DNA of 64,000 bases from assembly GCA_963784695.1 (NCBI GenBank), contig CAWARZ010000002.1, forward strand, positions 1,115,513-1,179,512. Direction: 5' to 3'. This DNA is from an uncultured Chloroflexia bacterium (GTDB taxonomy: Bacteria; Chloroflexota; Chloroflexia; QHBQ01; JAICKM01). The notes under the pieces are model-generated. The model did no database searches, had not been told where the DNA came from, and saw nothing but the letters and a program-made list of their open reading frames with translations. The position numbers were made by a program, and so were the translations under genes. Below, one piece after another: positions 39,945-49,510 of the stretch. Positions within the stretch are counted from its first letter, which is position 1; each line of letters begins with the position of its first letter.

Positions 39945-40949
39945 ATGGCTGAGCAGATCACCCGGAATCTGGGGATGGAGCTGGTGCGCGCCACCGAAGC
40001 GGCGGCGCTCCAGGCGGCGCGCTGGATGGGCCGCGGCGACAAGAATGCCGCCGATCAGGCGGCCGTGAACGGGATGCGCGGCGCGCTGGGCATCGTCGAC
40101 ATGCACGGCGTCGTCGTCATCGGCGAAGGCGAGAAAGACGAAGCGCCGATGCTCTACATCGGCGAGGAATTGGGCAACGGCCAGGCCCCCGACGTCGACA
40201 TCGCGGTCGACCCGATTGACGGCACCCGGTTGACGGCGCTCGGCCTCCCGGGCGCGATTGCGGTGGTCGCCGCCGCCCCGCGCGGCACGCTCTACAGCGC
40301 GCCGCCCGGCATCTTCTACATGGAGAAGATCGCGGTCGGGCCCGACTCGGCCGGCGCGATCGATATTACCCGCCCGGTGCGCGACAACATCATGAGCGTG
40401 GCGCGCCGCAAAGGGTGCGATGTGAGTGACATTACAGTGGTAATCCTGGACCGGCCGCGGCACGAGCGTTTCGTGCAAGAGATCCGCGATGCCGGGGCCC
40501 GGATCAAGCTGATCGGCGACGGCGACGTGGCCGCGGCCATTGCGGCCGCGACACCCAACAGCCCCGTCGACATGTTGATCGGCATCGGGGGCGCGCCCGA
40601 GGCCGTGATTGCCGCCGTGGCGATCAAGTGCACCGGCGGCGAGATGCAGTGCCGGGTGCACCCGCGCAACGAGCAGGAGCGCTGGCAGGTCGAGGGCCGC
40701 GGGGTGGACGTCAGTCGCGTCCTCACGCTGGACGACCTGGTGGCCTCGGACGACGTATACTTTGCAGCCACCGGCATTACGGACGGCGACCTTCTGGCCG
40801 GCGTCCATTTCTACAGCCATGGCGCCACCACGCATTCCATCATCATGCGCGGCAAGACCGGCACGATTCGCCGGATGGAAGCCCAGCACCGAGTGAACAA
40901 GCTCGCTCTTGTCTCTAGCCTGGCTGCGATGGAGCCGGCCGAGATCTGA
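39945..40949 (+). CDS. glpX: Class II fructose-1,6-bisphosphatase
   Basis: Track ORF 39888..40949 trimmed to ATG 39945 (aaaggag RBS). ATEAAALQAARWMGRGDKNAADQAAV, GEGEKDEAPML, DPIDGT and GIGGAPEAV match GlpX. Confidence 0.92.
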   Translation: MAEQITRNLGMELVRATEAAALQAARWMGRGDKNAADQAAVNGMRGALGIVDMHGVVVIGEGEKDEAPMLYIGEELGNGQAPDVDIAVDPIDGTRLTALGLPGAIAVVAAAPRGTLYSAPPGIFYMEKIAVGPDSAGAIDITRPVRDNIMSVARRKGCDVSDITVVILDRPRHERFVQEIRDAGARIKLIGDGDVAAAIAAATPNSPVDMLIGIGGAPEAVIAAVAIKCTGGEMQCRVHPRNEQERWQVEGRGVDVSRVLTLDDLVASDDVYFAATGITDGDLLAGVHFYSHGATTHSIIMRGKTGTIRRMEAQHRVNKLALVSSLAAMEPAEI

Positions 40950-40975
40950 CCCTTCGCTTACTAAAGAGGAATCCT

Positions 40976-42232
40976 ATGAACCTGGCCGAATTGGAAAGCA
41001 AAACAATCGACGAATTACAGGACCTGGCCAAAGAGCTGGATATCTCCGGCTACAGCCGGTTGAAGAAGCAGGAGCTCGCCTTCCGCATCCTGCAAGCCCA
41101 GACCGAACAGCAGGGCAACATCTTTGCCGCGGGCGTGCTCGAGATTATGGACGAGGGCTTCGGCTTCTTGCGGCAGGACGGCCGCTACCTGCCGGGCCAC
41201 GACGACATCTACGTCAGCCAGTCGCAGATCCGCCGCTTCGGCCTGCGCACCGGCGACCGCGTGAGCGGTCAGGTGCGCCCGCCCAAAGAGAACGAGAAGT
41301 ACTACAGCATGCTGCGGGTCGAGGCCGTCAACGGGGTCGACCCCGAGGTCGCGCGGCGGCGCCCGCACTTCGACGTGCTGACGCCAATCTTCCCGAAGCG
41401 GCTGCTCAACCTGGAGACGATCCCGCAGGCGCTCGAAACCCGCCTGCTCAACCTGGTCGCCCCCATCGGCCGCGGCCAGCGGGGCCTGATCGTCTCGCCG
41501 CCAAAGGCGGGCAAGACGATGCTGCTGAAAGCGATCGCCAACGGCATCTCGACCAACTACGGCGACGACGTCCACCTGATGGTCGCGCTCATCGGCGAGC
41601 GGCCCGAGGAAGTCACCGACATGAAGCGCTCGGTCCGCGGCGAGGTCATCTCCTCGACGTTCGACGAGCCGGTCGAGGACCACACCAAGGTCGCCGAGAT
41701 GACGCTGGAGCGGGCCAAGCGCCTGGTGGAGACCGGCCGCGACGTGGTGATCCTGCTGGACAGCATCACCCGCCTGGCCCGCGCCTACAACCTGCAGGTG
41801 CCGCCGAGCGGCCGCACGCTCTCCGGCGGTATGGACCCCGTCGCCCTCTACCCGCCCAAGCGCTTCTTCGGCGCCGCGCGGAACCTGGAGGAAGGCGGCT
41901 CCCTGACGATCATCGCCACCTGCCTGGTCGATACCGGTAGCCGCATGGACGACGTGATCTACGAGGAGTTCAAGGGCACCGGCAACATGGAGCTGCATCT
42001 CGACCGGAAGCTCGCGGAGCGGCGTATCTTCCCGTCGATCGACGTGCAGCGCTCGGGCACGCGCCGCGAGGAGCTGCTGCTGGACCCGCAGACCCTCAAG
42101 CAAGTCTGGACGATGCGCCGCATGGTCTCCGTGCTCGGCGGCACCGAAGGCATCGAGCTGCTGCTCGCCCGCCTGGCCAAGACGCAGGACAACGCGGAGT
42201 TCCTGACCACGCTGACCAAGGACGTCGTCTAG
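40976..42232 (+). CDS. rho: Transcription termination factor Rho
   Basis: N-terminal RNA-binding domain ([14 protein letters not shown]), Walker [16 protein letters not shown], and RecA-like core. 418 aa. Confidence 0.97.
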   Translation: MNLAELESKTIDELQDLAKELDISGYSRLKKQELAFRILQAQTEQQGNIFAAGVLEIMDEGFGFLRQDGRYLPGHDDIYVSQSQIRRFGLRTGDRVSGQVRPPKENEKYYSMLRVEAVNGVDPEVARRRPHFDVLTPIFPKRLLNLETIPQALETRLLNLVAPIGRGQRGLIVSPPKAGKTMLLKAIANGISTNYGDDVHLMVALIGERPEEVTDMKRSVRGEVISSTFDEPVEDHTKVAEMTLERAKRLVETGRDVVILLDSITRLARAYNLQVPPSGRTLSGGMDPVALYPPKRFFGAARNLEEGGSLTIIATCLVDTGSRMDDVIYEEFKGTGNMELHLDRKLAERRIFPSIDVQRSGTRREELLLDPQTLKQVWTMRRMVSVLGGTEGIELLLARLAKTQDNAEFLTTLTKDVV

Positions 42233-42294
42233 GGGTTGGACCCGGAGGCCGGCCGTCCAGCCGCGCCCTCCGGTGCCCGCCCGGGATCTTCCCC

Positions 42295-43281
42295 ATGCCA
42301 CTGAACCTACACGTCGCGCAGATCACCGATCTGCACCTTTCACCACGCCCGCTGTCCAACGGCATCGTGCTGCAGGACGACACCGAAGCCCTGCTGACCG
42401 GCGCCGTGACGGCGTTGAGCGCGCGGCCCGATCTCGACGCCGTGCTCGTTACCGGGGACCTGATCGACAACGGCACCGCCGACGAGCTCGACGCGGCGAT
42501 CACCGCGCTGAACCGGCTGCCCGTGCCCTGGTACGCCATCCCGGGCAACCACGACGTCGCCTTCCCGCTCGGGTCGGGCAAGCTCGACCGGCAGGGCTTC
42601 TATGCCCGCCTGCAGGCAGGCGTGCCCGACGGCGCGACTATCTACGCCGGGGCGCCCGAGCGCGGCAGCTGGACGACCCTGCTCAAGGCGGGTGTGCGCC
42701 TCGTCGGCCTCGACTCGAACGTGCCGGGCGACTGGTTCGGCCGGGTCGACGGCGAGCAACTCGCCTGGCTGGAGGCCACGCTGGATGCCGCCGCCGAGCC
42801 GCTCGTCGTGCTGCTCGTCCACCACCCGCTCCACGCCGTCTTCGGCGGCTGGCAGGAGCCCACGTTCCACAACCAGGCCTGGCACAAGTTCTTCTGCTAC
42901 AACGGCTTCGAGGTGCTGTCCATCCTCGACCGCCATCCCCGCGTGCAGCTTGTGCTGACCGGGCACGTGCACCTGAGCCAGGTGGCGCGGCAGGGCGTGC
43001 GGCTGCATATGAGCACCGCGGCCCTGAGCAGCTACCCCCTGGCCTACCGCGTGATCCACGGCGCGGGCGAGGACGGCCGCTGGACCTGCGCCTGGCACAC
43101 GGCGAGCCCCGCCACGCCGGAGCAGCGCGCCGAGGCCCTCGCCTTGCTGGAAGCCAGTGGTCTGGCGCACAGCTACGATCCGGCCCACCCCGAGCACTTC
43201 GCCTACGTCTCGGAGGGGCTGGGGCGCGATCAAGAAGGCAGCGACGAGCTTCCCCTGCATGATCCCGACGCCACAACCTGA
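42295..43281 (+). CDS. Calcineurin-like metallophosphoesterase (CpdA-like)
   Basis: ITDLHL, VTGDLIDNG, IPGNHD and TGHVH motifs. Confidence 0.85.
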   Translation: MPLNLHVAQITDLHLSPRPLSNGIVLQDDTEALLTGAVTALSARPDLDAVLVTGDLIDNGTADELDAAITALNRLPVPWYAIPGNHDVAFPLGSGKLDRQGFYARLQAGVPDGATIYAGAPERGSWTTLLKAGVRLVGLDSNVPGDWFGRVDGEQLAWLEATLDAAAEPLVVLLVHHPLHAVFGGWQEPTFHNQAWHKFFCYNGFEVLSILDRHPRVQLVLTGHVHLSQVARQGVRLHMSTAALSSYPLAYRVIHGAGEDGRWTCAWHTASPATPEQRAEALALLEASGLAHSYDPAHPEHFAYVSEGLGRDQEGSDELPLHDPDATT

Positions 43282-44260
43282 GCCGGCCGCCGCCCCGCCC
43301 CCGGTGCAGATCCGGCCGATGGATCTCGCCGACATCCCGGCCATCGTCAGCCTCGTGAACAGCGCCGACGCGGTCGATTGCGCCGACGAGGGCACCAGCG
43401 AGGCAGAGCTCCGTGCCTGGGTCGCGGGCTCGGCGGGCGCACCGAACCACTTCGTCGCCACGGCGCCCGACGGCCGCATCGTCGGCTACAGCGACGTGCA
43501 CCACCGCCCCGGCGACGACGGCGGCTGGGGCTGGATCGTGGTGCTGCCTGCCTGGCGGCGCCAGGGTCTTGGCGCGCGCCTCGGGGCGCAGGTGGAAGCG
43601 CGCGCCCGGGAACTGGGCCTGCTCTGGCTCGACTTCGCCGTCGACGCGCGGCTCGCCGCGGCCCGCGCCTGGCTCGACACGCTCGGGCTGGAGCCGCTGC
43701 GCACCTACCTGCGGCTGAGCCTCGACACCGGGCGGCCGCTGCTCGCCCCGCACTGGCCGCCGGGCTTCGGCGTGCGCACGTTTCGCGCGGGCGGCGACGA
43801 GGCCGCGGTGCATCGCATCCTGCACGCCCACTTCGCCGACCACCACAACGTCAACGAGATCCCGATGGAACAGCTGGAGCAGAACCTGCAGCAGCCATGG
43901 TTCGATCCGCGCGGGCTCTTCCTGGCCGAGAGCCCCAGCGGCGAGGTGGTCGGGCTCTGCTGGTGCGCGATCAACCCGGACGAGAACGCGCGGCGCTGGG
44001 CGGCGATCGGCTGGATCAATGACCTCGGCGTGGCGCGCGCCTACCGCCGCCAGGGCCTCGGCCGCGCCCTGCTGCTGACCGGCATCGCCTGGCTGCGCGC
44101 CGAGGGCATGGCCTCGGTCGAGCTCTGGGTCGACGGCGGCAACCGCGAGGCCCGCGCTCTCTACGATGCGCTGGGGTTCACCGTCGCCAAGACGCTGACC
44201 GACTACCGGCACTACCTGTACACACCCCGCCGGCCCGCCCCGGCCCCGCCGCCCGCCTAG
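43259..44260 (+). CDS. Tandem-domain GNAT N-acetyltransferase, paralog 4 (start uncertain: 43259 or 43319)
   Basis: Track ORF 43157..44260. VLPAWRRQGLGARL and LGVARAYRRQGLGRALLLTGIAWL. Same two-domain layout as the 15-19 kb array. ATG 43259 overlaps the preceding gene by 23 nt. Confidence 0.8.
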   Translation: MIPTPQPEPAAAPPPVQIRPMDLADIPAIVSLVNSADAVDCADEGTSEAELRAWVAGSAGAPNHFVATAPDGRIVGYSDVHHRPGDDGGWGWIVVLPAWRRQGLGARLGAQVEARARELGLLWLDFAVDARLAAARAWLDTLGLEPLRTYLRLSLDTGRPLLAPHWPPGFGVRTFRAGGDEAAVHRILHAHFADHHNVNEIPMEQLEQNLQQPWFDPRGLFLAESPSGEVVGLCWCAINPDENARRWAAIGWINDLGVARAYRRQGLGRALLLTGIAWLRAEGMASVELWVDGGNREARALYDALGFTVAKTLTDYRHYLYTPRRPAPAPPPA

Positions 44261-44273
44261 AGGAGGTCCGCCC

Positions 44274-45431
44274 GTGTCCACGCCGACCATCGCGCTGTTC
44301 TACGACGACGACTACGCCCAGGAGATGGACGCGCGCCTCGTCGCGGCGGGCCCCGACGGCGTCGTGCTTGACCGCACGGTCTTCTACCCCCGCGGCGGCA
44401 ACCAGGACAGCGACCAGGGCACCCTGCGCGCGGCGGACGGCCCGCCGCTGCAGGTCGCCGAGGTGCTCAAGGACAACTCCGGCGTGATTGCGCACCGCAC
44501 CGAGCCGGAGGCCCCCGCGACCTGGGCCGTTGGCACGCCCGTGCACGGTCGCCTCGACTGGCCGCGCCGCATCACCTTGATGCGCCTGCACACCGCCCAA
44601 CATCTTGTCAGCCGCTGGTTCCTCGACCACGGCGCCAACGCCACCGGGCGCGTCGACATCACCGCCGCCGGCTGCGTGATTGAGCTCGCCCGCCCGGTGA
44701 CCGTCGCCGAGGCGCTGGATTGCCAGGAGGGGCTGAATGCGCTGATCGCCGCGGGGCGCGCCGTCCGGCGTATCGACACGGACGGCTACCTGGAGATCGA
44801 GGTCGCGGGCTACGATCGCCAGGCCTGCGGCGGCACACACGTGCACGACGTGGCGGAGATCGGGCGGGTCGCGTTCACGCGCGTGAAAGGCAACCGGCTG
44901 GAGTTGCAGGCCGGCCCGGCCGCCCTGGCTGCGGAGCGGACGCTGGCCGAGGCGGGGCTGGGGCTGCAGGGCGCGCTGGAGACAGACCTGGCCGGCTTCG
45001 CGGCACGCGTCGAGCGGCTGCTGGCCGATACGCGCGCCCAGCGCGCCGAGCTCACGGCGCTGCGCGCGGAGGTCGCGACCGCGCGCGTGGAGCGCGCCCT
45101 GGCGGCGGCGCGCCCGGTGGCCGGGCCGGGCGGCGGGCCGGTCCAGGTCGTGGCCGTCGAGCTCGAAATGATCGAGTCGCGCCTGCTGCCCCGGCTGCTC
45201 AAGCCCGTGCAGGCCCCGGATCGCGCCTTCTTCTGCCTGTGCGCCGGCCGCAACCTGGCCATCCTGAGCGGCAGCCCGGCGCTGCCGGCCGGCGCGCTCG
45301 TCGCCGCGCTCAAAGCCCGCTACGACCTCAGCGGCGGGGGCAGCCCGGCCTACGCACAGTGCGGCCCGCTGCCCGCCGACGTGCCCCTGGCCGCTGCGCT
45401 TGACGTCGCCCTCGGCGCCGCCGGGCCGTGA
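44274..45431 (+). CDS. AlaX-like alanyl-tRNA editing protein (Thr/Ala-RS second additional domain plus C-terminal extension)
   Basis: HTAQHLVS and CGGTHV zinc-binding motifs of the tRNA_SAD editing domain. 385 aa. GTG start. Confidence 0.75.
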   Translation: MSTPTIALFYDDDYAQEMDARLVAAGPDGVVLDRTVFYPRGGNQDSDQGTLRAADGPPLQVAEVLKDNSGVIAHRTEPEAPATWAVGTPVHGRLDWPRRITLMRLHTAQHLVSRWFLDHGANATGRVDITAAGCVIELARPVTVAEALDCQEGLNALIAAGRAVRRIDTDGYLEIEVAGYDRQACGGTHVHDVAEIGRVAFTRVKGNRLELQAGPAALAAERTLAEAGLGLQGALETDLAGFAARVERLLADTRAQRAELTALRAEVATARVERALAAARPVAGPGGGPVQVVAVELEMIESRLLPRLLKPVQAPDRAFFCLCAGRNLAILSGSPALPAGALVAALKARYDLSGGGSPAYAQCGPLPADVPLAAALDVALGAAGP

Positions 45432-45648
45432 CCCGCGGCGCCGGGTCTTCACAATTCTGACACCACCCGCCACTCTTCTCTCAACATCGCCTTGCTAGAA
45501 TACTGTGGGGCCAAAGAGCCCCGACGACATCCGGGTGCCGTGCCGCCGGGCGGTGCGCGCAGCGCATCGGCCGGCGACGGGCCACGCCCGGCGACGGATC
45601 CCGCTGGGTTCCGCCGGTGACACGTCTGGTATTAGGAGGGAATGTCGG

Positions 45649-46485
45649 ATGAGCCTGCTGATGGACGCGCCCATGGCCGTGCAGCAATACGAAGTGTTGC
45701 ACGCCCGCAAGGAAACGCTGGATACCCGCACGATCACGCTTGCGGGGCCGGACGGCGCCGCCTTTGCCTTTGCTCCCGGCCAGTTCAACATGCTTTACGC
45801 CTTCGGGATCGGCGAAGTGCCTATCTCGATCAGTGGGGATCCGGGCCGGCCGGAGACAATCGTCCACACGATCCGGGCGGTGGGTGCGGTCTCGAGCGCG
45901 CTGTGCAACCTGCGTCCTGGCGACACGCTCGGCGTGCGCGGCCCCTACGGCACCGCCTGGCCGGTCGAGGCCGCGGTGGGCAACGATCTGCTGCTGGCCG
46001 CGGGCGGCATCGGTATGGCGCCGCTGCGGCCGGCGCTGTACCACGCCCTGAGCCACCGCGAAGCCTACGGCAATCTGGTGCTGCTCTACGGCGCCCGCAC
46101 GCAGGCCGAGCTGCTCTTCAAGCGCGAGATCGAGGAGTGGCATGGGCGCTTCGACCTGCAGGCCGAGGTGACGGTGGATAATGCCGTCGGCGGCTGGCCC
46201 GGCCACGTGGGGAACGTGACCACCCTGGTCCCGCGCGCCGACTTCGACCCCGCCCACACGATCGCCTTCGTCTGCGGGCCCGAGATCATGATGCGCTTCG
46301 CGGTGCTCTCGCTGCAGAAGCGCGGGCTGGCCGACGACCGGATCTACATCTCGATGGAGCGCGACATGAAGTGCGGCATCGGCCTCTGCGGCCACTGCCA
46401 GCTAGGCCCGCACTTCATCTGCAAAGACGGCGCCGTTTACCGCTACGATCAGATCAAGGACTGGTTCGTCAAGCGCGAGGTGTAG
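45649..46485 (+). CDS. hyhG: FAD/NAD(P)-binding oxidoreductase with C-terminal [2Fe-2S] motif (AsrB/PyrK-like), the presumed group-3b hydrogenase gamma (diaphorase) subunit
   Basis: Track ORF 45505..46485 trimmed to ATG 45649 (AGGAGGG 8 nt upstream). FNMLYAFGIGEVPISISG, LLLAAGGIGMAPLRP, and MKCGIGLCGHCQLGPHFICKDG (Cx4CxxC cluster). Confidence 0.75.
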   Translation: MSLLMDAPMAVQQYEVLHARKETLDTRTITLAGPDGAAFAFAPGQFNMLYAFGIGEVPISISGDPGRPETIVHTIRAVGAVSSALCNLRPGDTLGVRGPYGTAWPVEAAVGNDLLLAAGGIGMAPLRPALYHALSHREAYGNLVLLYGARTQAELLFKREIEEWHGRFDLQAEVTVDNAVGGWPGHVGNVTTLVPRADFDPAHTIAFVCGPEIMMRFAVLSLQKRGLADDRIYISMERDMKCGIGLCGHCQLGPHFICKDGAVYRYDQIKDWFVKREV

Positions 46486-46538
46486 GCTAGCAGGGGGCCT
46501 GGAACTGCGGGTTCCGGGCCCGCGTCGCCTCGCGGGGC

Positions 46539-48008
46539 TCAGGATGCCGCGCGCAGGGGATTGGGGCGGTGCGCCTCCCGGTCCGCGGTGAGTAGCGAGA
46601 CCTTCTCCGTGCGCGGCAGGCGCACACGGAAGGTCGTGCCCTGCCCCACCTCGCTCTCGACCGAGACGATGCCCTGGTGGCCGGTCGTGATGCGCTGCAC
46701 AATCGACAAGCCGAGGCCGGCGCCGCCGATGCGCCGCGAGCGCGCTCTGTCCACGCGGAAGAACCGGTCGAAGATGTGGGGAAGATCCTCGGGCGGGATG
46801 CCGATGCCCGTGTCGCGCACCTCGAGCACGGCCCACTCCGGCTCGCCCCGCAGGCTGAGCACGATCGTGCCCCCGGCGGGCGTGTACTTGATCGCGTTGT
46901 CCACCAGGTTGAGCAGCAGCTGTTGCAGTTGATCCCGGTCCCCCGTGATCGTGATCGCGTCCTCGTCGCCTAGCTGGATCGTGTGCCGGCTGGTCAGCGA
47001 GCGGGCCTGCTGGTAGACGGTCAGCAGCAGGCTGTCGAGCTCGACCGGGCGCCGATCGCGCTCCGTCTTTCCGCTCTCCACGTCCTCGATCTGCGCCAGG
47101 AAGAGCAGATTGTCCACCATGCGGCTCATACGCGCCGCCTCTTCCTCGATCAGCCTCTCGATGGCCACGCGCTCGGCCGGATCGTGCGTCCGCCGCAGGA
47201 TCTCCAGGTTGCCGCGGATCACCGTCAGCGGGCTGCGGAGCTCGTGCGAGGAATCGGCTACAAACTGGCGCTGCGTCTCAAACGACGCGGAGATACGGTC
47301 GAGCATGTTGTTGAAGGTGCGCACCAGCCGATCCATCTCGTCGTCGCCCGCGCCCGCGCCCTCGGGGATGCGCGCGCTGATGCGGTTCGAGAGCTCGATG
47401 CTGCGCGCCGTGCTGGTCACGCGGGCGACGGCGGCGAGCGTGCGCGTGGCGGCCACCCAGACGCCGAGGCCGACGAGCGCCGAGGTGAGCAGCGTCGCGA
47501 CGACCAGGACGACGCGCATCAGCGTGAGCGCGTTATCGGTCGCCGTCAGCGGGGTGCCGACCTCCAGCACGTCGGTCAGGTTGGGGTCGCTGCTGGGTAG
47601 CGGCTGGTAGCGGATGTGCATCGCGGTGTGCGCGGAGTTCGCGCCGTCCACGATGCCGACGCCCCCGCCCAGCGCGACTTGCACCTGCGCCAGGTCGATG
47701 GGCAACAGCGGCCGGCCGAGCGGGTCCGAGCTGTAGCGCAAGTTACCGTGCGAGTCCAGGATCTGCACGTCGACCCGCACCGTCTGGTTATGCGTGCTCT
47801 CGGCAATGCGCAGGTTGGGGTCGGTGAAGAACGGCTGACCCATGCCCGCAACCGTGTCCAGAACCTCGTTCGCGCGATCCTCCAGTGCCGCGTCCAGCTG
47901 TTGCTCGAAGGCGTTGGCGACGAAGTTGTAGGACACCCAGCCGACCAGGGTCAGCGTCGCGAACATCAGCAAGCTGGACAGGAGCGTCAGGCGGAGCTTG
48001 AGCGACAT
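46539..48008 (-). CDS. Sensor histidine kinase (TM-HAMP-HisKA-HATPase)
   Basis: N-terminal TM, a second TM plus HAMP, H-box FVADSSHELRSPLTVIRGNL, and G-box GGAGLGLSIVQ. Confidence 0.9.
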   Translation of the reverse strand: MSLKLRLTLLSSLLMFATLTLVGWVSYNFVANAFEQQLDAALEDRANEVLDTVAGMGQPFFTDPNLRIAESTHNQTVRVDVQILDSHGNLRYSSDPLGRPLLPIDLAQVQVALGGGVGIVDGANSAHTAMHIRYQPLPSSDPNLTDVLEVGTPLTATDNALTLMRVVLVVATLLTSALVGLGVWVAATRTLAAVARVTSTARSIELSNRISARIPEGAGAGDDEMDRLVRTFNNMLDRISASFETQRQFVADSSHELRSPLTVIRGNLEILRRTHDPAERVAIERLIEEEAARMSRMVDNLLFLAQIEDVESGKTERDRRPVELDSLLLTVYQQARSLTSRHTIQLGDEDAITITGDRDQLQQLLLNLVDNAIKYTPAGGTIVLSLRGEPEWAVLEVRDTGIGIPPEDLPHIFDRFFRVDRARSRRIGGAGLGLSIVQRITTGHQGIVSVESEVGQGTTFRVRLPRTEKVSLLTADREAHRPNPLRAAS

Positions 48009-48012
48009 CGCG

Positions 48013-48705
48013 CTAGCTCTTCTCCCCGTCCGGCTCGCGCAGCATGTAGCCGACCCCGCGCACGGTCTGGATCAGAGTGCCCGCGTCGACCTTTTCCAGC
48101 TTCTGGCGCAGATAGCGGATATAGACTTCGAGGATGTTGCTCTCGCCCGCGTAGTCGTAGCCCCAGATGCGGTCGTAGAACTGCCCGCGCGTGACGACCT
48201 GGCGGGGATGGCGCGCCATGAGCTCGATCACGTCGAACTCCTTGCCCGCCACGTCGAGGAGGTGCCCGTCATAGGAGACCTCGCGGGCCGCGGGCGCCAC
48301 GGTGAGGCGGCCGACACGCAACACGGCGGGGCTGGCGGCCGCCGCCTGGCTGCGGCGCAGCAGGGCGCGCACGCGCGCCAGGAGCTCGTCGAAGCTGAAC
48401 GGCTTGACCAGATAATCGTCGGCGCCGCTGTCGAGGCCCGCGACCTTGTCGGGCACGCCGCCGCGCGCGGTGAGCAGCAGGATGGGCACGTCGCCCCCGG
48501 CCCGCAGCCGCCGGCAGACCTCCAGGCCGTCGAGCCCGGGCAACATCAGGTCGAGCACGACCAGGTCGGGCGGGTGATCGCGGGCCGACGTCAGGGCGGC
48601 CGGCCCGTCCTCCGCGGTCTCCACGGTATAGCCTTCGTAGGCCAGGCCGCGGTGCAGGAGGTCGAGGATCCGTGGATCGTCGTCCACAGCCAGAATATGC
48701 ATCAT
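48013..48705 (-). CDS. OmpR/PhoB-family response regulator
   Basis: Receiver ([15 protein letters not shown]...[13 protein letters not shown]) plus a winged-helix output ([27 protein letters not shown]...[10 protein letters not shown]). Lies 4 nt upstream of the kinase. Confidence 0.93.
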   Translation of the reverse strand: MMHILAVDDDPRILDLLHRGLAYEGYTVETAEDGPAALTSARDHPPDLVVLDLMLPGLDGLEVCRRLRAGGDVPILLLTARGGVPDKVAGLDSGADDYLVKPFSFDELLARVRALLRRSQAAAASPAVLRVGRLTVAPAAREVSYDGHLLDVAGKEFDVIELMARHPRQVVTRGQFYDRIWGYDYAGESNILEVYIRYLRQKLEKVDAGTLIQTVRGVGYMLREPDGEKS

Positions 48706-48876
48706 GTTTGATTATAGCATAACCTACCTTCGAGCCGCCGCCTGAATCCGGATCCGCTGGGGACTTGCGGAGAAAAGATACGCCGCGGCACGCTCCTCGT
48801 TATAAGAGTGTGGCCCGGAACCCGGTCCCGGGCGCACGGTATCCTCCATGCTCAAGCGGGAAGGTGGAATGCACCC

Positions 48877-49506
48877 ATGCCATACCCGGCCCATCTGCGG
48901 ATCGACGAATACAGTGCCATCCGGCAAAACGGCTGCATTCCGCTCGCCTGGCTGGCCGTGCTGCGCGACGCGCAGCCCCTCGACCTGGCGACCGCGCCCG
49001 GCACGTTCTGGGGCTGGCAGAGCACGCCGTGGGAGGCCACCGACAGCATCGACCGCACGATCAACGTGCTCCAGAAAGACGAGTACCTCTGGAGCTACTT
49101 CAATATCCTGAGCTTGCTGCTCGACGAGATCCAGCAGGTGCCGACCGAGGAGACGATCGCGGTCGACGTGTCCGCGTTCGCCGCCGTCGACGCGGTGCGC
49201 GCCCAGGCAGCCCGCGCGGCCAGCGACGACTTCCGCGCGATGCTGCGCCTGCTGCACCGCGGCGAACGCGACGCCGCGCTCACGGCGCTGCGCCAACTGT
49301 CGGCCGGGCTCAACCTCGACGCGGGTCTGCCCTTCACCGGCAGCCTGGACGCCGACATCGCCGCCATGGGCGGCCCGCAGGCCGCGCTCCAGGAGCTCAC
49401 CTGGTCGTTGATCGGCGAGGTGTACGAGGGCCCGACCGAACGGGTCGAGTGGTTCACCGCCGAGCACTATCGGGCCAATTTCTGGCACTGGTTAGGGGAG
49501 ACGTGA
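48877..49506 (+). CDS. Hypothetical protein, 4 nt upstream of the acylase gene
   Basis: Track ORF 48808..49506 trimmed to ATG 48877 (aaggtgg RBS). Good GC3. No family recognised. Confidence 0.5.
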   Translation: MPYPAHLRIDEYSAIRQNGCIPLAWLAVLRDAQPLDLATAPGTFWGWQSTPWEATDSIDRTINVLQKDEYLWSYFNILSLLLDEIQQVPTEETIAVDVSAFAAVDAVRAQAARAASDDFRAMLRLLHRGERDAALTALRQLSAGLNLDAGLPFTGSLDADIAAMGGPQAALQELTWSLIGEVYEGPTERVEWFTAEHYRANFWHWLGET

Positions 49507-49510
49507 CGCC

